27,033 nt of DNA, taken from Gammaproteobacteria bacterium (lineage in GTDB: Bacteria > Pseudomonadota > Gammaproteobacteria > Steroidobacterales > Steroidobacteraceae). Every line of letters begins with the position of its first letter. Positions within the stretch are counted from its first letter, which is position 1. Shown here piece after piece: positions 26,616 through 27,033 of this stretch. The stretch lies in NCBI GenBank assembly GCA_030040525.1, contig JASHTN010000219.1, forward strand, positions 1-27,033. The letters are read 5' to 3'. A model generated the notes under the pieces. It did no database searches. It was not told the origin of the DNA and saw nothing but the letters and a program-made list of their open reading frames with translations. The position numbers and the translations under genes were made by a program.

Positions 26616-27033
26616 CTATTCCCTGCCGAAGAGTCCGGCCGGACGCACGATCAGAACCACTGCCATGATGACGAACACCACGACGTCGGAGGCCTCGGGG
26701 TAAATGACCTTGGTGAATCCCTCGATCAGCCCGAGGACCAGCCCACTGACGATCGAGCCGAGAATCGAGCCCATGCCGCCGATCACCACCACGGCGAACA
26801 CCACGATCACGAGCGAGCTGCCCATGTGCGAGTTCACCAGCACCACGGGGGCTGCGAGCACACCGGCGAGCGCGGCGAGCGCCACTCCGCCGCCGTAGGT
26901 GGCTGCCATGAGCAGCGGCACGTTCACGCCGAACGCCTGCAGCAGCGGGGCGTTCTCGGTGGCGGCACGCAGCGTGGCGCCGAGGCGCGTACGCTCGATG
27001 ACGAACCAGGTGCTGAAGCACACCACCACGGAG
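26616..27033 (-). CDS. livH: Branched-chain amino acid ABC transporter permease (LivH-like), 5'-partial
   Basis: RTRLGATLRAATEN, ALAGVLAAP, FAVVVIGGMGSILG, VRPAGLFG; runs off the window end. Confidence 0.9.
   Translation of the reverse strand, partial: SVVVCFSTWFVIERTRLGATLRAATENAPLLQAFGVNVPLLMAATYGGGVALAALAGVLAAPVVLVNSHMGSSLVIVVFAVVVIGGMGSILGSIVSGLVLGLIEGFTKVIYPEASDVVVFVIMAVVLIVRPAGLFGRE

Overview
High-GC (roughly 70%, estimated by eye) proteobacterial chromosomal segment. The gene styles suggest a soil Gammaproteobacterium (inference). It is densely coding, and I could recognise no tRNA/rRNA, CRISPR array, integrase or transposase. Gene order: end of the nuo operon (nuoM partial, nuoN); secreted YncE/YVTN beta-propeller and M20 peptidase; tail-anchored hypothetical; hmgA-fahA translationally coupled to a YhhQ/VUT-family transporter; an envelope cluster (small secreted Asn/Gln-rich helical protein, COG4313-like outer-membrane barrel, secreted Gly/His/Phe hexapeptide-repeat protein); HAD hydrolase plus hypothetical; secreted two-domain retropepsin-like protease; cysD-cysNC-cysQ PAPS module; flavin reductase containing a 42-G run that is probably an artefact; Lrp/AsnC regulator divergent from ocd-rocF; dodecin; Asp/Glu racemase homologue with Asp at the first catalytic-Cys position; prolyl oligopeptidase; HAF-repeat secreted protein; livM and partial livH. 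Best leads: (i) the barrel plus low-complexity repeat protein cluster, a speculative Fap-like secretion module; (ii) the Asp83/Cys196 racemase; (iii) hmgA-fahA-yhhQ coupling with a perfect 17-bp operator-like palindrome; (iv) a PAPS module with no visible acceptor enzyme. All family calls come from motif recognition, not from database searches.
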